Assembly (NCBI GenBank): GCA_963706575.1
Contig: CAVPNL010000001.1
Span: 463,208-527,207, forward strand
Length of the DNA: 64,000 bases
Source: an uncultured delta proteobacterium
GTDB lineage: Bacteria; Desulfobacterota; Desulfobacteria; Desulfobacterales; JAHEIW01
Reading direction: 5' to 3'
Below are positions 1 to 8,933 of the stretch, one piece after another. Each line of letters starts with the position of its first letter. The stretch's first letter is position 1. A program made the position numbers and the translations under genes. The notes beneath the pieces are model-generated. The model did no database searches. It was not told where the DNA came from and worked only from the letters and a program-made list of their open reading frames with translations.

Positions 1-1896
1 CGCGCCTTCCTGGACCACTTTCACTGTGAGGGATACTGCTTCTTTGCTAAGCACCTGTCTGCCTGATTTGGGTTCCTCTGAAATTTTGAATTCAGGAATT
101 TCAATCTTACTATCCGGAATGCCGCCTATTTTTCCCTGCAGGTGGTTAACCGCCTCAACAGCAGCTGAAATTAATGCGGCATAATCATCCACGATTCGGG
201 TAACCATGCCGACATCTGCGGCTTCTTCAACCCCGAGCGGCCGGCCCAGACAAATCATTTCATGAAACAGAGCGGCACCCTGGGGCCATTTGCGGTAGGG
301 CACTACACAGCCGCCGATCCCCGGCAGGATCCCCAGCATGATTTCGGGGAACTGAAAGCTTGCGTTTTTCGTAGCGACTATCGCGTGACAGCGGATGGCC
401 ACTTCCAACCCGCCGCCAAGGGCAAATCCGTTGACGGCCGCCACCACGGGTCTTTGCATTTGATCCATATAAATCTGGACATTGGCGCAATCTCTGGCAT
501 ACTGGGCCGAAGCTCGGGCATCTCCGAGCATTTCCGGAAATTTGCCGATGTCAGCCCCTGCTGAAAAAGCGGCTGTTCCGTAACCGGTGATGACAAATCC
601 CTTGACCGCCGGGTCGACTTCGAATTCCTTGAAAACGGACAGGATTTCGTCTGTCAGCTCTTCGTTGAGGGCATTCATGGCCTGCGGACGGCGGATGGTA
701 ATCACCTTGACGCCGTCGATATCATCTACCAGGACGAAGCGCTTGAAATCCTGATATGTTCCAAGCGCTTGCTGCGGCATCGGAAATCCCGGTCGTTCTG
801 ATTGAAAGCGGTCCATGATCCGCTTGACTTCATCTTCCCCCAGTTCCCGCATCAGATCCAGCGGCCCTTTGCGAAACCCCAGGGCTACCTGACAACCGAA
901 GTTGAGATCGGCTTTGGTTCCGATCCCGCGGTCGATAATATCGAAAGACTGTGAGAACAGGATGCCCAGCAGGCGGTCACGGACGGCCGACTTTATGTCT
1001 TGCGGAACTTCCACCGGGCTGCCGGGGCGGTGCGTGAGCCAGCGATCCACCGACGCCAGAATGGAGGCGGGCAGGTAATGGGTGCCTTCTTCCATCTGCA
1101 GGCTGTTGGTTTCAATGATAATCGGATTTCCGTTGGTCATGTTCATGACAAAAAATGGTCCGGCAAAGACGAATTCTTCGGCGACTTTGTCAATCTGGCC
1201 GGCGGTTGCCTGATCCAGTAAGTAGGCGGATTCGTTGCACCAGTTGTCAAAGATGCGGTTCAGTATAAAACAGATGGCGTTGTCGGTAATGATGGGTGCT
1301 TTGCCGGTATTGGCAAAAAACCAGAACAGGTAATCCAGGGTCTCCTGGCTGCCTTTTTCCCAGGCGATGACCTCAACCGGAAGGCTTCTCCAGGCCGGCG
1401 CAAAAAAGTGGGTGATGGAGGTGCGCTGCGGGTTTTTCATATGGCAAAAGATTCTGTCAGCCGGGATTGAGGAGGTGTTTGAGGTGATGATGGTATCGGC
1501 ACTGACAATATTTTCAACGGTTTCAAAAATTTTTTGTTTCAGCGGAATGGATTCGGTGGCAGCTTCGATGACCAGCTGGCAATTTTTAATCTGCTGGTAG
1601 TCGGTGGTATAGACGATATTTTCGCGAACTGCGGCTGCTTTTTCGGGCTTCAGCTTCTTTTTGTCGATGGCCTTATCCGTGTATCCGGCAATACGCTGTT
1701 CCGCCAGTTGGAGCGGCTTCTCAACAACATCCACCAGATACAGCTTGCTGTTCGGAATGGCGCTTTTCAAATAATAACCGATATCCGGACCGATGGTGCC
1801 GGCGCCGATGACAGCGATTTCATCCGGCAGCGATCTTGAAGGCTCAATCAGCAAAGGGTTAAATGCCGTTTGATAGAGTTTTTTTTCAGCGTTCAT
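1..1896 (-). CDS. 3-hydroxyacyl-CoA dehydrogenase / enoyl-CoA hydratase fusion (IaaP-like); 3' end runs off the window
   Basis: Manually translated; missing from the ORF track because it is open at the edge. MNAEKKLYQ... AVIGAGTIG (Rossmann), VIEAATE, SNTSS, THFFAPA, then a crotonase domain (RRPQAMNALN, FSAGADI, VNGFALGGGLE). AAGGA RBS before the ATG at 1896. Confidence 0.9.
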   Translation of the reverse strand, partial: MNAEKKLYQTAFNPLLIEPSRSLPDEIAVIGAGTIGPDIGYYLKSAIPNSKLYLVDVVEKPLQLAEQRIAGYTDKAIDKKKLKPEKAAAVRENIVYTTDYQQIKNCQLVIEAATESIPLKQKIFETVENIVSADTIITSNTSSIPADRIFCHMKNPQRTSITHFFAPAWRSLPVEVIAWEKGSQETLDYLFWFFANTGKAPIITDNAICFILNRIFDNWCNESAYLLDQATAGQIDKVAEEFVFAGPFFVMNMTNGNPIIIETNSLQMEEGTHYLPASILASVDRWLTHRPGSPVEVPQDIKSAVRDRLLGILFSQSFDIIDRGIGTKADLNFGCQVALGFRKGPLDLMRELGEDEVKRIMDRFQSERPGFPMPQQALGTYQDFKRFVLVDDIDGVKVITIRRPQAMNALNEELTDEILSVFKEFEVDPAVKGFVITGYGTAAFSAGADIGKFPEMLGDARASAQYARDCANVQIYMDQMQRPVVAAVNGFALGGGLEVAIRCHAIVATKNASFQFPEIMLGILPGIGGCVVPYRKWPQGAALFHEMICLGRPLGVEEAADVGMVTRIVDDYAALISAAVEAVNHLQGKIGGIPDSKIEIPEFKISEEPKSGRQVLSKEAVSLTVKVVQEGA

Positions 1897-1990
1897 GGCG
1901 AGCATTCCTTTCCGGTAAAGTTGGGTTCAATTTATATCATTATTCGCAAAAATAAAGTAAAGAAACTGAAATAAAGCGCAAGATAATTTC

Positions 1991-2031
1991 CTTGACACGT
2001 TTTTGTATACCGTATACAAAAGTGTGTCAAG
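1991..2031. promoter_or_regulatory. Divergent promoter with central operator TGTATACCGTATACA (2004-2018)
   Basis: 41-bp near-perfect palindrome cttgacacgtttttgtataccgtatacaaaagtgtgtcaag with a TTGACA -35 hexamer on each strand, between divergent genes. Confidence 0.8.
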
Positions 2032-2232
2032 TTGGTGTAAACACCCATTTCTGAAAAGCTGGCGGGCGCATTCATTGCCTCAGCCGTTTTGCATTTTTTG
2101 CGATCGTAAAGTCACAATTACACGCACGGTTTGAGATTTTGCGAGATTATGCATATCCATTCTTGCGATTCCATTAAAACTCCACAAAAATATTATTGGC
2201 AATAGCAACACCAGTAAAAAAGGGGACATACC

Positions 2233-3813
2233 ATGAAAGTTTTAGTTAGTGACAATCTCGGAGAAGCTGGCATTCAGATGTTTGAAGAAGAAGCGGGATT
2301 TGAAGTGGATGTAAAAACCGGTCTTGAGCCTGATGAACTCAAGAAAATCATCGGAAACTATGATGCGCTGGTGATTCGCAGTGCTACCAAGGTTACGGAA
2401 GAGCTCCTGGAAGCGGCTGAAAAACTCAAGGTGGTGGGGCGGGCCGGGATCGGGCTGGATAATGTCGATATACCGGCTGCTACGAAACGGGGCGTTCTGG
2501 TGATGAATACGCCCACCGGTAACGTGGTAACCACCGCGGAGCATACGATTGCAATGATGATGGCGCTGACCCGCAATATCCCCTGGGGCACTTCGACGTT
2601 AAAAGATGGAAAATGGGAAAAGAAAAAACTGCAGGGACGTGAAATTTATAACAAAGTAATCGGTATCATCGGCTTAGGTAAAATCGGGTCCATTGTCGCT
2701 GACCGTGCCCGCGGGTTAAAGATGCAGGTAATTGTTCACGATCCCTATATTCCGGATGAGCAGATTGAAAAGGCCGGTTTTGAAGCGGTGTCTGTAGAAG
2801 ATTTATACCGCAGAGCAGATTACATCACGGTGCATGTGCCTAAATTAAAGGATACCCTGGGACTCATTAACAAAAGAGCCTTCGATCAAATGAAAGACGG
2901 CGTCATGATCATCAACTGCGCCCGCGGTGGAATTGTCGATGAGGCTGATTTGAACGAAGCCCTGAAATCTGGCAAGGTGGCCGGCGCTGCTCTGGATGTG
3001 TTTGAGAACGAGCCCCCCGGAGTTTGCCCGCTGTTTGAAATCGACCGGGTAATCTGCACGCCCCATCTGGGCGCTTCGACCCTGGAAGCCCAGACCAATG
3101 TGGCCGTTATGGTGGCGGAACAGATCATTGCTTATCTAAGAGATGCAACGGTTATCAATGCCGTCAATGTTCCGCCGGTCAGTGGCGATTTGCTTGAAAA
3201 ACTGAACCCCTATTTAACCCTGGCAGATCGTATGGGCTGTTTGCTGGCTCAGCTTTCACAGGGGGCAGTGAAAGAGATTTTGATCGAATATGCCGGTCAT
3301 TTTGACGACCTGGATCTGTCTCCGGTCACCACGGCAGTTTTAAAAGGGCTGATGACCCCCATGATTAAAGACGATGTCAACTTTGTCAACGCGCAGGTTC
3401 TGGCGAAGGAACGCGGAATTAAGATTACAGAAGCCAAGATTACCGAGTCCGAAGAATATGTAAATTTGATTACCGTCAATGCGGTTTCCGAGGAAGGTAA
3501 AAACAAAGTTGCCGGAACGATATTCGGACGGAAAAATCCAAGGGTGGTCAACATTAACAATTTTCGCCTCGAATTGGAGCCGGTGAATCGTTTTGTCTTG
3601 ATCCACAACCATGACAAACCCGGTGCCATCGGCAGTATCGGAACCCTTCTGGGAGAGAACAATATCAACATCAGCCGGATGCGGCTGGGCCAGGAAGAGG
3701 GCTCCGACAAGACCATGATATTTCTGCGGACCGATACACCGATACCTGAAGATGTGATTGAAAAAATGAGAGCATTGCCGCTGATGATCAGCGTGGCATC
3801 GTTTGAGCTCTAA
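2233..3813 (+). CDS. serA: D-3-phosphoglycerate dehydrogenase (with ASB and ACT domains)
   Basis: RAGIGLDNVD, GLGKIG, NCARGG, TPHLGAST; C-terminal HDKPGAIG ACT domain; 526 aa. Confidence 0.92.
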   Translation: MKVLVSDNLGEAGIQMFEEEAGFEVDVKTGLEPDELKKIIGNYDALVIRSATKVTEELLEAAEKLKVVGRAGIGLDNVDIPAATKRGVLVMNTPTGNVVTTAEHTIAMMMALTRNIPWGTSTLKDGKWEKKKLQGREIYNKVIGIIGLGKIGSIVADRARGLKMQVIVHDPYIPDEQIEKAGFEAVSVEDLYRRADYITVHVPKLKDTLGLINKRAFDQMKDGVMIINCARGGIVDEADLNEALKSGKVAGAALDVFENEPPGVCPLFEIDRVICTPHLGASTLEAQTNVAVMVAEQIIAYLRDATVINAVNVPPVSGDLLEKLNPYLTLADRMGCLLAQLSQGAVKEILIEYAGHFDDLDLSPVTTAVLKGLMTPMIKDDVNFVNAQVLAKERGIKITEAKITESEEYVNLITVNAVSEEGKNKVAGTIFGRKNPRVVNINNFRLELEPVNRFVLIHNHDKPGAIGSIGTLLGENNINISRMRLGQEEGSDKTMIFLRTDTPIPEDVIEKMRALPLMISVASFEL

Positions 3814-3832
3814 TAAGAATAGATTGAATTTT

Positions 3833-3932
3833 TTACCGCCGAGAACACAGAGGGCACAGAGAAAATAACTAGAAATAATTTTATAAACTTCATCATTATT
3901 AAAAGAATTAATCTCTGTGATCTCTGTGGTAA
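3833..3932. repeat. Intergenic inverted short repeat (CACAGAG / CTCTGTG family), copy 1
   Basis: ttaccgccgagaacacagagggcacagaga ... tctctgtgatctctgtggtaa; related copy at 56126-56228. Confidence 0.75.
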
Positions 3933-3965
3933 TTAATAAAGAAAAAAATAAAGGGAAATAGATCT

Positions 3966-5789
3966 GTGAGCAAGAGAAGATTATTACTGGGAAATGAAGC
4001 CATCGCGCGCGGGTTGATCGAAAGCGGATGTACCATTGCAACATCTTATCCGGGGACGCCGGCATCCGAGATTCTTGCCGCCGTGGCCTATTTTCAAAAC
4101 GAAGAATCGCTTTCCATGCATACCCAATGGGCGGTTAACGAAAAAGTCGCCTTCGAGATTGCCTATGCCGGGTGCCAGACCGGGCTGCGTGCCGCGGTCA
4201 GCATGAAGCAAGTCGGTTTGAATGTGGCTTCCGATCCGCTCATGAGTGCCGCTTATATGGGGATCAATGGCGGGTTTGTTTTGATCAGCGCCGATGATCC
4301 CGGACCCCACTCTTCACAAACTGAGCAGGACAGCCGGCTGATGGCCATGTTTGCCAAGATACCGGTGCTGGATCCGGATTCACCCCGTCAGGCCAAAGAA
4401 CTGATGGGGGTTGCGTATGAAATATCTGAATCCTTTAAAACCCCCGTGATGGTGCGGCCCACCACCCGGGTGTGCCATTCCAGGCAGGATATTTCGCTGG
4501 GCTCCATTCCGAAAAACAAACGCCGGGCGCATTTCGAAAAAAATCCGGCCCGCTGGGCTGCGACCCCTAAATTCCGACTGCAACTTCACAGGGAGTTGGA
4601 AGAAAAGCTGGCCGCCATTGCAAAGTATCGGCCGACAGCCCCCAAAAAGCTGAATCGCAAAGCCAAATCCGGCAAAGCAATTATTGCTTCGGGTGTGGCG
4701 GCCGCTCATACCAAAGACATTTTAAGAGAATTGAAAATCTGGTCAAAAATTCCTTTTTATCAGGTCATTCAACCGTTTCCGCTGCACAGCAAATTTATTG
4801 AGCATATTATCGCCAGCTATGAAGAGGCTCTGGTTATTGAAGAAACCATGGGCGTGATTGAGATGCAACTGGCCGACCGTTATCGCATCAAAGGCAAATT
4901 ATCGAATACGGTGCCAAGGGTTGGCGAACTTAGCCCTGAAAAGATAGAGGAAATTGTCAGTAAATTTGTCGGACTAAAATCCGAAGCGGTTACCATAAAA
5001 TCTATCCCTGGCAGACGCCCGACCCTGTGCCCCGGATGCCCGCATCGCGCCAGTTTTTTTGCCATAAAAAAAGCCGCTCCCAGAGGGATTTACACCAGCG
5101 ATATCGGCTGCTATACGCTGGGCCTCAATCTCGGAGCCGTCGATACGGTGCTCTGTATGGGCGCTGCCATCAGTCAGGCCGCCGGATTTTATCACGCCTA
5201 TAAAAATGAAGAAAAACGGCCGGACATTGTGGCCACCATCGGTGATTCAACTTTTTTCCATGCCGGCGTACCGGCTCTTATCGATGCGGTCGTCCAGAAT
5301 GTCGGCTTTGTGCTGGTGATCCTTGATAACCGCACCACTGCCATGACCGGCAATCAACCCACGCCGGCCACCGGCCATGGGGCCTGCGGCGAGTCCACTG
5401 AGACCGTTGATATCGAATCACTGGTTCGCGGATGCGGTGTTAAATTTATCCGGGAAAGCAATCCTTACGAACTCAAGGAGTTTACGGCTCTTCTTAAAAA
5501 GGCCGTTAAATACAGCCGCAAAAACGGACCCGCCGTGGTTATTTCAAGATATCCGTGCGTGCTGCACCGGGCCAGGCAGGGCGATACCGGGGAATATATA
5601 CCGGTCGAAGTGAGTGAAAAGTGCGACGGTTGCGGTTATTGCATCAAGCATTTTGAATGTCCGGCCCTGATCTATCATGATGACAAAGAAGAAAAACACG
5701 TCAGCATCGATCCGATTCTGTGCACTTCATGCGGCGTGTGTTTGAATGTCTGTCCCAAAGGGGCATTCGTTGAAAAAACTAGGGAGTAA
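3966..5789 (+). CDS. iorA: Indolepyruvate:ferredoxin oxidoreductase alpha subunit
   Basis: LLGNEAIARG, YPGTPASE, MKQVGLNVASD, DDPGPHSSQTEQD, LCPGCPHR, GDSTFFH (TPP) and two C-terminal 4Fe-4S motifs; GTG start. Confidence 0.92.
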   Translation: MSKRRLLLGNEAIARGLIESGCTIATSYPGTPASEILAAVAYFQNEESLSMHTQWAVNEKVAFEIAYAGCQTGLRAAVSMKQVGLNVASDPLMSAAYMGINGGFVLISADDPGPHSSQTEQDSRLMAMFAKIPVLDPDSPRQAKELMGVAYEISESFKTPVMVRPTTRVCHSRQDISLGSIPKNKRRAHFEKNPARWAATPKFRLQLHRELEEKLAAIAKYRPTAPKKLNRKAKSGKAIIASGVAAAHTKDILRELKIWSKIPFYQVIQPFPLHSKFIEHIIASYEEALVIEETMGVIEMQLADRYRIKGKLSNTVPRVGELSPEKIEEIVSKFVGLKSEAVTIKSIPGRRPTLCPGCPHRASFFAIKKAAPRGIYTSDIGCYTLGLNLGAVDTVLCMGAAISQAAGFYHAYKNEEKRPDIVATIGDSTFFHAGVPALIDAVVQNVGFVLVILDNRTTAMTGNQPTPATGHGACGESTETVDIESLVRGCGVKFIRESNPYELKEFTALLKKAVKYSRKNGPAVVISRYPCVLHRARQGDTGEYIPVEVSEKCDGCGYCIKHFECPALIYHDDKEEKHVSIDPILCTSCGVCLNVCPKGAFVEKTRE

Positions 5790-5872
5790 GCATTAAATAG
5801 TAAGCAGTAAGCACCATAGAGTAGGCAGCCGTAAATGCAAACCGGCAAACTGCTTACTGCCTATTGCTTACT
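5785..5872. repeat. Inverted heptamer tandem repeat (AGTAAGC / GCTTACT)
   Basis: agtaagcagtaagc ... tgcttactgcctattgcttact between iorA and iorB. Confidence 0.65.
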
Positions 5873-5888
5873 ATTATACGGGGGATAT

Positions 5889-6449
5889 ATGAGCAAGACA
5901 GTTAAACAGCAAATTCTGATCAGCGGAGTAGGCGGGCAGGGGGTTCTGTTTGTTACGGGCCTTCTGGCAGAAGCGGCCATCAGTAAAGGATTGGCGGTAT
6001 TTACCTCGGAAACTCACGGTATGGCTCAACGCGGAGGAACGGTTGTGTCCCATTTTAAGGTCGGCGATTTCTCGAGCCCTTTGATCCGGCCATTTAAGGC
6101 AGACGGGTTGCTGGTATTAAAGGACGAAAATATCGCCCAGCACGGGTCATTTCTAAGAAAGGGCGGCTGGGCGGTGGTTAATAGCGGTAATGATTTGAAA
6201 ATTGACAAAACATTAACGGCCAGCGGCATCGATGCGGACAAACTGGCCCAGGAAATCGCGAACCCGAAATCCGTTAATCTGATTATGCTGGGCTTTGCAC
6301 TGGCAAAGGCCGGCAAAAAAGGCGGGGGTCCAATCAATCTGTTCTGCACATTGACCGATATTAAGAAAGTTCTGCGCAAAAAATTCAGCAGCCGCAAGAA
6401 GCTGATAGATGCCTCCATTAAGGCCTTAGATACAGGCTATTATTTCTGA
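5889..6449 (+). CDS. iorB: Indolepyruvate:ferredoxin oxidoreductase beta subunit
   Basis: GVGGQG, SETHGMAQRGG; start moved to the ATG at 5889 behind a GGGGA RBS. Confidence 0.9.
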   Translation: MSKTVKQQILISGVGGQGVLFVTGLLAEAAISKGLAVFTSETHGMAQRGGTVVSHFKVGDFSSPLIRPFKADGLLVLKDENIAQHGSFLRKGGWAVVNSGNDLKIDKTLTASGIDADKLAQEIANPKSVNLIMLGFALAKAGKKGGGPINLFCTLTDIKKVLRKKFSSRKKLIDASIKALDTGYYF

Positions 6450-7702
6450 TTTTGATACTTCTTCTTGACAAATTCTAGTGATTCATCAATAGCGGTTAAT
6501 GTTAGATTCAAGTCTTCTTGTGTATGCCGATAACAGATATATGCGTGATGATAAGGCGTGAAGAAAAATCCCTTTCGAATCATCTGTGTATAAAAATCTT
6601 TTCGTTTACCTTTATATGATCCTGATTCATCTTTTTTAAAAGTAATATAAAACATGGGTGCAATACCAGTGAGTTCGGCGCCCACGTCATGATTTTCTAT
6701 GATCTCCTGAATTTTTTCCATGAACCACTCACCTTTTTTCCATATCTCCGCCAAGACATTATCTCGTTCTAAAATTTCAATGGTCTTAAGCGCTGCAATA
6801 AAGGCTTCGCTGTTGGGGAAAAAAGTTGAAGAAATGAAGAGCTTTTCTGCAGCCGCCATCATAATATCCTTTTTACCGGTGACAACCGAAATCGGATACC
6901 CGTTGGCAATAGCTTTCCCTAAAACCGAGATATCCGGATATACACCGTAAAGGGCTTGGGCGCCGCCGAGAGACAGTCTGAAACCCGTTCGGATTTCATC
7001 ATAGATCAGAACAGCTCCGTATCTGTCACTCAGGTTCCTAACCCCTTCAAGGAATCCAGATTTGGGTATTTGCATTTTTTGATGGTTGGGGTGGCCGAAT
7101 GGTGTCATTATGATAGCTGCAGTTTCGTCACCATGAGTAGCCAGAAGGTCTTCAAGTTGCTTAAGGTTATTGTACTCGAATTCAAACACGTCTTCATAGA
7201 ATTTTGATGGAATCCCACCTTTCATCTCGACACACCAGTCATGCCAGCCATGATAACCACATCGCATGACTTTAATCCGGTTCGTGTAGGCTCTTGCAAT
7301 TCGAATACTTGCCGTTGTTGCATCGGATCCGGTTTTTAAAAAAATACTCATTTCAGCGCAAGGGACAAGCTCAGCGATTTTTTTCGCCAAAACATTTTGA
7401 TATTTTTGCGTAAGCGAGAAGCAAAAACCCTTTTCTTTAATCTGTTTATAAACTGCCTCATCTACCTCTTTTTCACGGTAACCGAGGATAATGGGGCCGT
7501 AACCACACAGAAAATCAATAAATTCATTGCCGTCCACATCATAAAGCCGGCATCCTTTACCACTTTCAAGAAAAATGGGATATTCGCCAGCAATGAAATC
7601 GGTGGGTTTTCTAGCCCCCAGAACCCCACCAGCTATAAGCGCACATGCCTCTTCAAAAAGCTTTAGGCTATTTGATATATTGAGCTTGTCTGTCTCTTTC
7701 AT
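6440..7702 (-). CDS. Class III PLP aminotransferase, glutamate-1-semialdehyde-aminomutase-like; resembles 3-aminobutyryl-CoA aminotransferase (Kat)
   Basis: DVDGNEFIDF, KTGSDAT, GYHGWHDW, DEIRTGFR, LGKAIANG (PLP Lys). The Kat resemblance is from recall of motifs (GFCFSLTQ, SSTFFPNS, PYHHAYICYRH). Confidence 0.82.
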   Translation of the reverse strand: MKETDKLNISNSLKLFEEACALIAGGVLGARKPTDFIAGEYPIFLESGKGCRLYDVDGNEFIDFLCGYGPIILGYREKEVDEAVYKQIKEKGFCFSLTQKYQNVLAKKIAELVPCAEMSIFLKTGSDATTASIRIARAYTNRIKVMRCGYHGWHDWCVEMKGGIPSKFYEDVFEFEYNNLKQLEDLLATHGDETAAIIMTPFGHPNHQKMQIPKSGFLEGVRNLSDRYGAVLIYDEIRTGFRLSLGGAQALYGVYPDISVLGKAIANGYPISVVTGKKDIMMAAAEKLFISSTFFPNSEAFIAALKTIEILERDNVLAEIWKKGEWFMEKIQEIIENHDVGAELTGIAPMFYITFKKDESGSYKGKRKDFYTQMIRKGFFFTPYHHAYICYRHTQEDLNLTLTAIDESLEFVKKKYQNQK

Positions 7703-7718
7703 GAAAGGCCTCCTCGAT

Positions 7719-8867
7719 TTATTTATCTGTTTTAAACATGGAAGCTATTTTTTCAGTCTGGTGGATCCTTGCCCCTCTCTTGATAAATGCACTTAGAAAT
7801 TTGTCTGGGTCAATACAGCCCTCGGGAGCAACAACACCGGTTTCAGTCACATCACCTGCGTCCATCATTAAAGATGCTATTGATGCAGGAAGACCGGTTC
7901 CAGGAGCCATTCTTCCGACCATGTCAGCCGTATATGTGACTCTATTTCCATTTTTTTTACCATTGACGATTACCTTTAGACCTGAAGACTGCGGACCGTT
8001 GTCTCTGCCTTCGGGAATCGTTTCCCAGAGCTTAAGTGCAAGATCATAAGGTGTCACCTGAACACCCTTTATATCAATAGGCTCTGTTCCCAAAAAACCG
8101 GTATCTTTCTGTTCTTTAATCAACTCATCGACCCATAGTGGGATAAGGGCGCCTTTAATGATGACGTTTTTAACCCCTTTGATGTACTTCGGTAGGGTCA
8201 AAGGTTGGGGATGTCCCACATAACGGACATGACAGGTACCAAGGGGTTCAAGGAATTGTGCGGCCACAACCTCGGTGCCACCTTCCACATAAACCAGTTC
8301 CCCATTAATATATTGCGGGATTTTACCAAGGGTCATATGAAGACTATGATCCCAGGCAGCGCCTGCAAGTTCGGCAATACTGACCACCCAGTAAAGATAA
8401 ATGTCGTCAACCTCATCAAGACGGTCTGCATACCATTTTACCAATACATTATTGGTACCAGGATCTGACCCCATGCCGGTGAGGACAGTGATCCCAGCAT
8501 CCCTAGCCAAGTTATCTATTTCGGAGTTAAAAAGGATTTCAGTGCCCTCGTAATCATCACAAATATCGATATAATTCACCTTGGCCTCCACAGCAGCTTT
8601 TGCCACTGGTACCGCTGTTTTATAAAAAGGGCCTGCTGTGTTAATAACAACATTGACTTCCTTGAATGCATTAACCATAGATTCATGGTCATTGACATCC
8701 ATCTTGACTAGTTCGGTCTTTTCATTTTCACGCAATTTTGTTGAGAGTCTTTGAGGATCAGGGAAAAGGTCTGCTAAGATGACAGATGTAACTTTTTCCT
8801 GTTTGATTAAATCTCTAGCGACACCCTGGCCCATACCACCAACTCCACCAATGATTAATACACGCAT
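7719..8867 (-). CDS. Saccharopine dehydrogenase / lysine 6-dehydrogenase family NAD(P)-dependent oxidoreductase
   Basis: GGVGGMG Rossmann, NTAGPFY, YIDICDD, GMGSDPG, GHPQP, GVVAPE; GGAGG RBS. Confidence 0.85.
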   Translation of the reverse strand: MRVLIIGGVGGMGQGVARDLIKQEKVTSVILADLFPDPQRLSTKLRENEKTELVKMDVNDHESMVNAFKEVNVVINTAGPFYKTAVPVAKAAVEAKVNYIDICDDYEGTEILFNSEIDNLARDAGITVLTGMGSDPGTNNVLVKWYADRLDEVDDIYLYWVVSIAELAGAAWDHSLHMTLGKIPQYINGELVYVEGGTEVVAAQFLEPLGTCHVRYVGHPQPLTLPKYIKGVKNVIIKGALIPLWVDELIKEQKDTGFLGTEPIDIKGVQVTPYDLALKLWETIPEGRDNGPQSSGLKVIVNGKKNGNRVTYTADMVGRMAPGTGLPASIASLMMDAGDVTETGVVAPEGCIDPDKFLSAFIKRGARIHQTEKIASMFKTDK

Positions 8868-8933
8868 CTATTTTCCTCCTTAACATGATTTTTATGAATA
8901 ATAGAGCAGGAATCTTTTTATGGAAGCCTCATT

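Noticed and set aside
260..1839. Short ORFs listed in the track over the first 1.9 kb, and similar antisense or overlapping ORFs throughout
   Set aside because: They are shadows of longer genes with recognisable motifs on the other strand or frame.
6440..7702. hemL (tetrapyrrole biosynthesis)
   Set aside because: Lacks the typical GGVNSPVR and NSGTEA motifs (has GGVLGARK and KTGSDA), and no hem genes are nearby.
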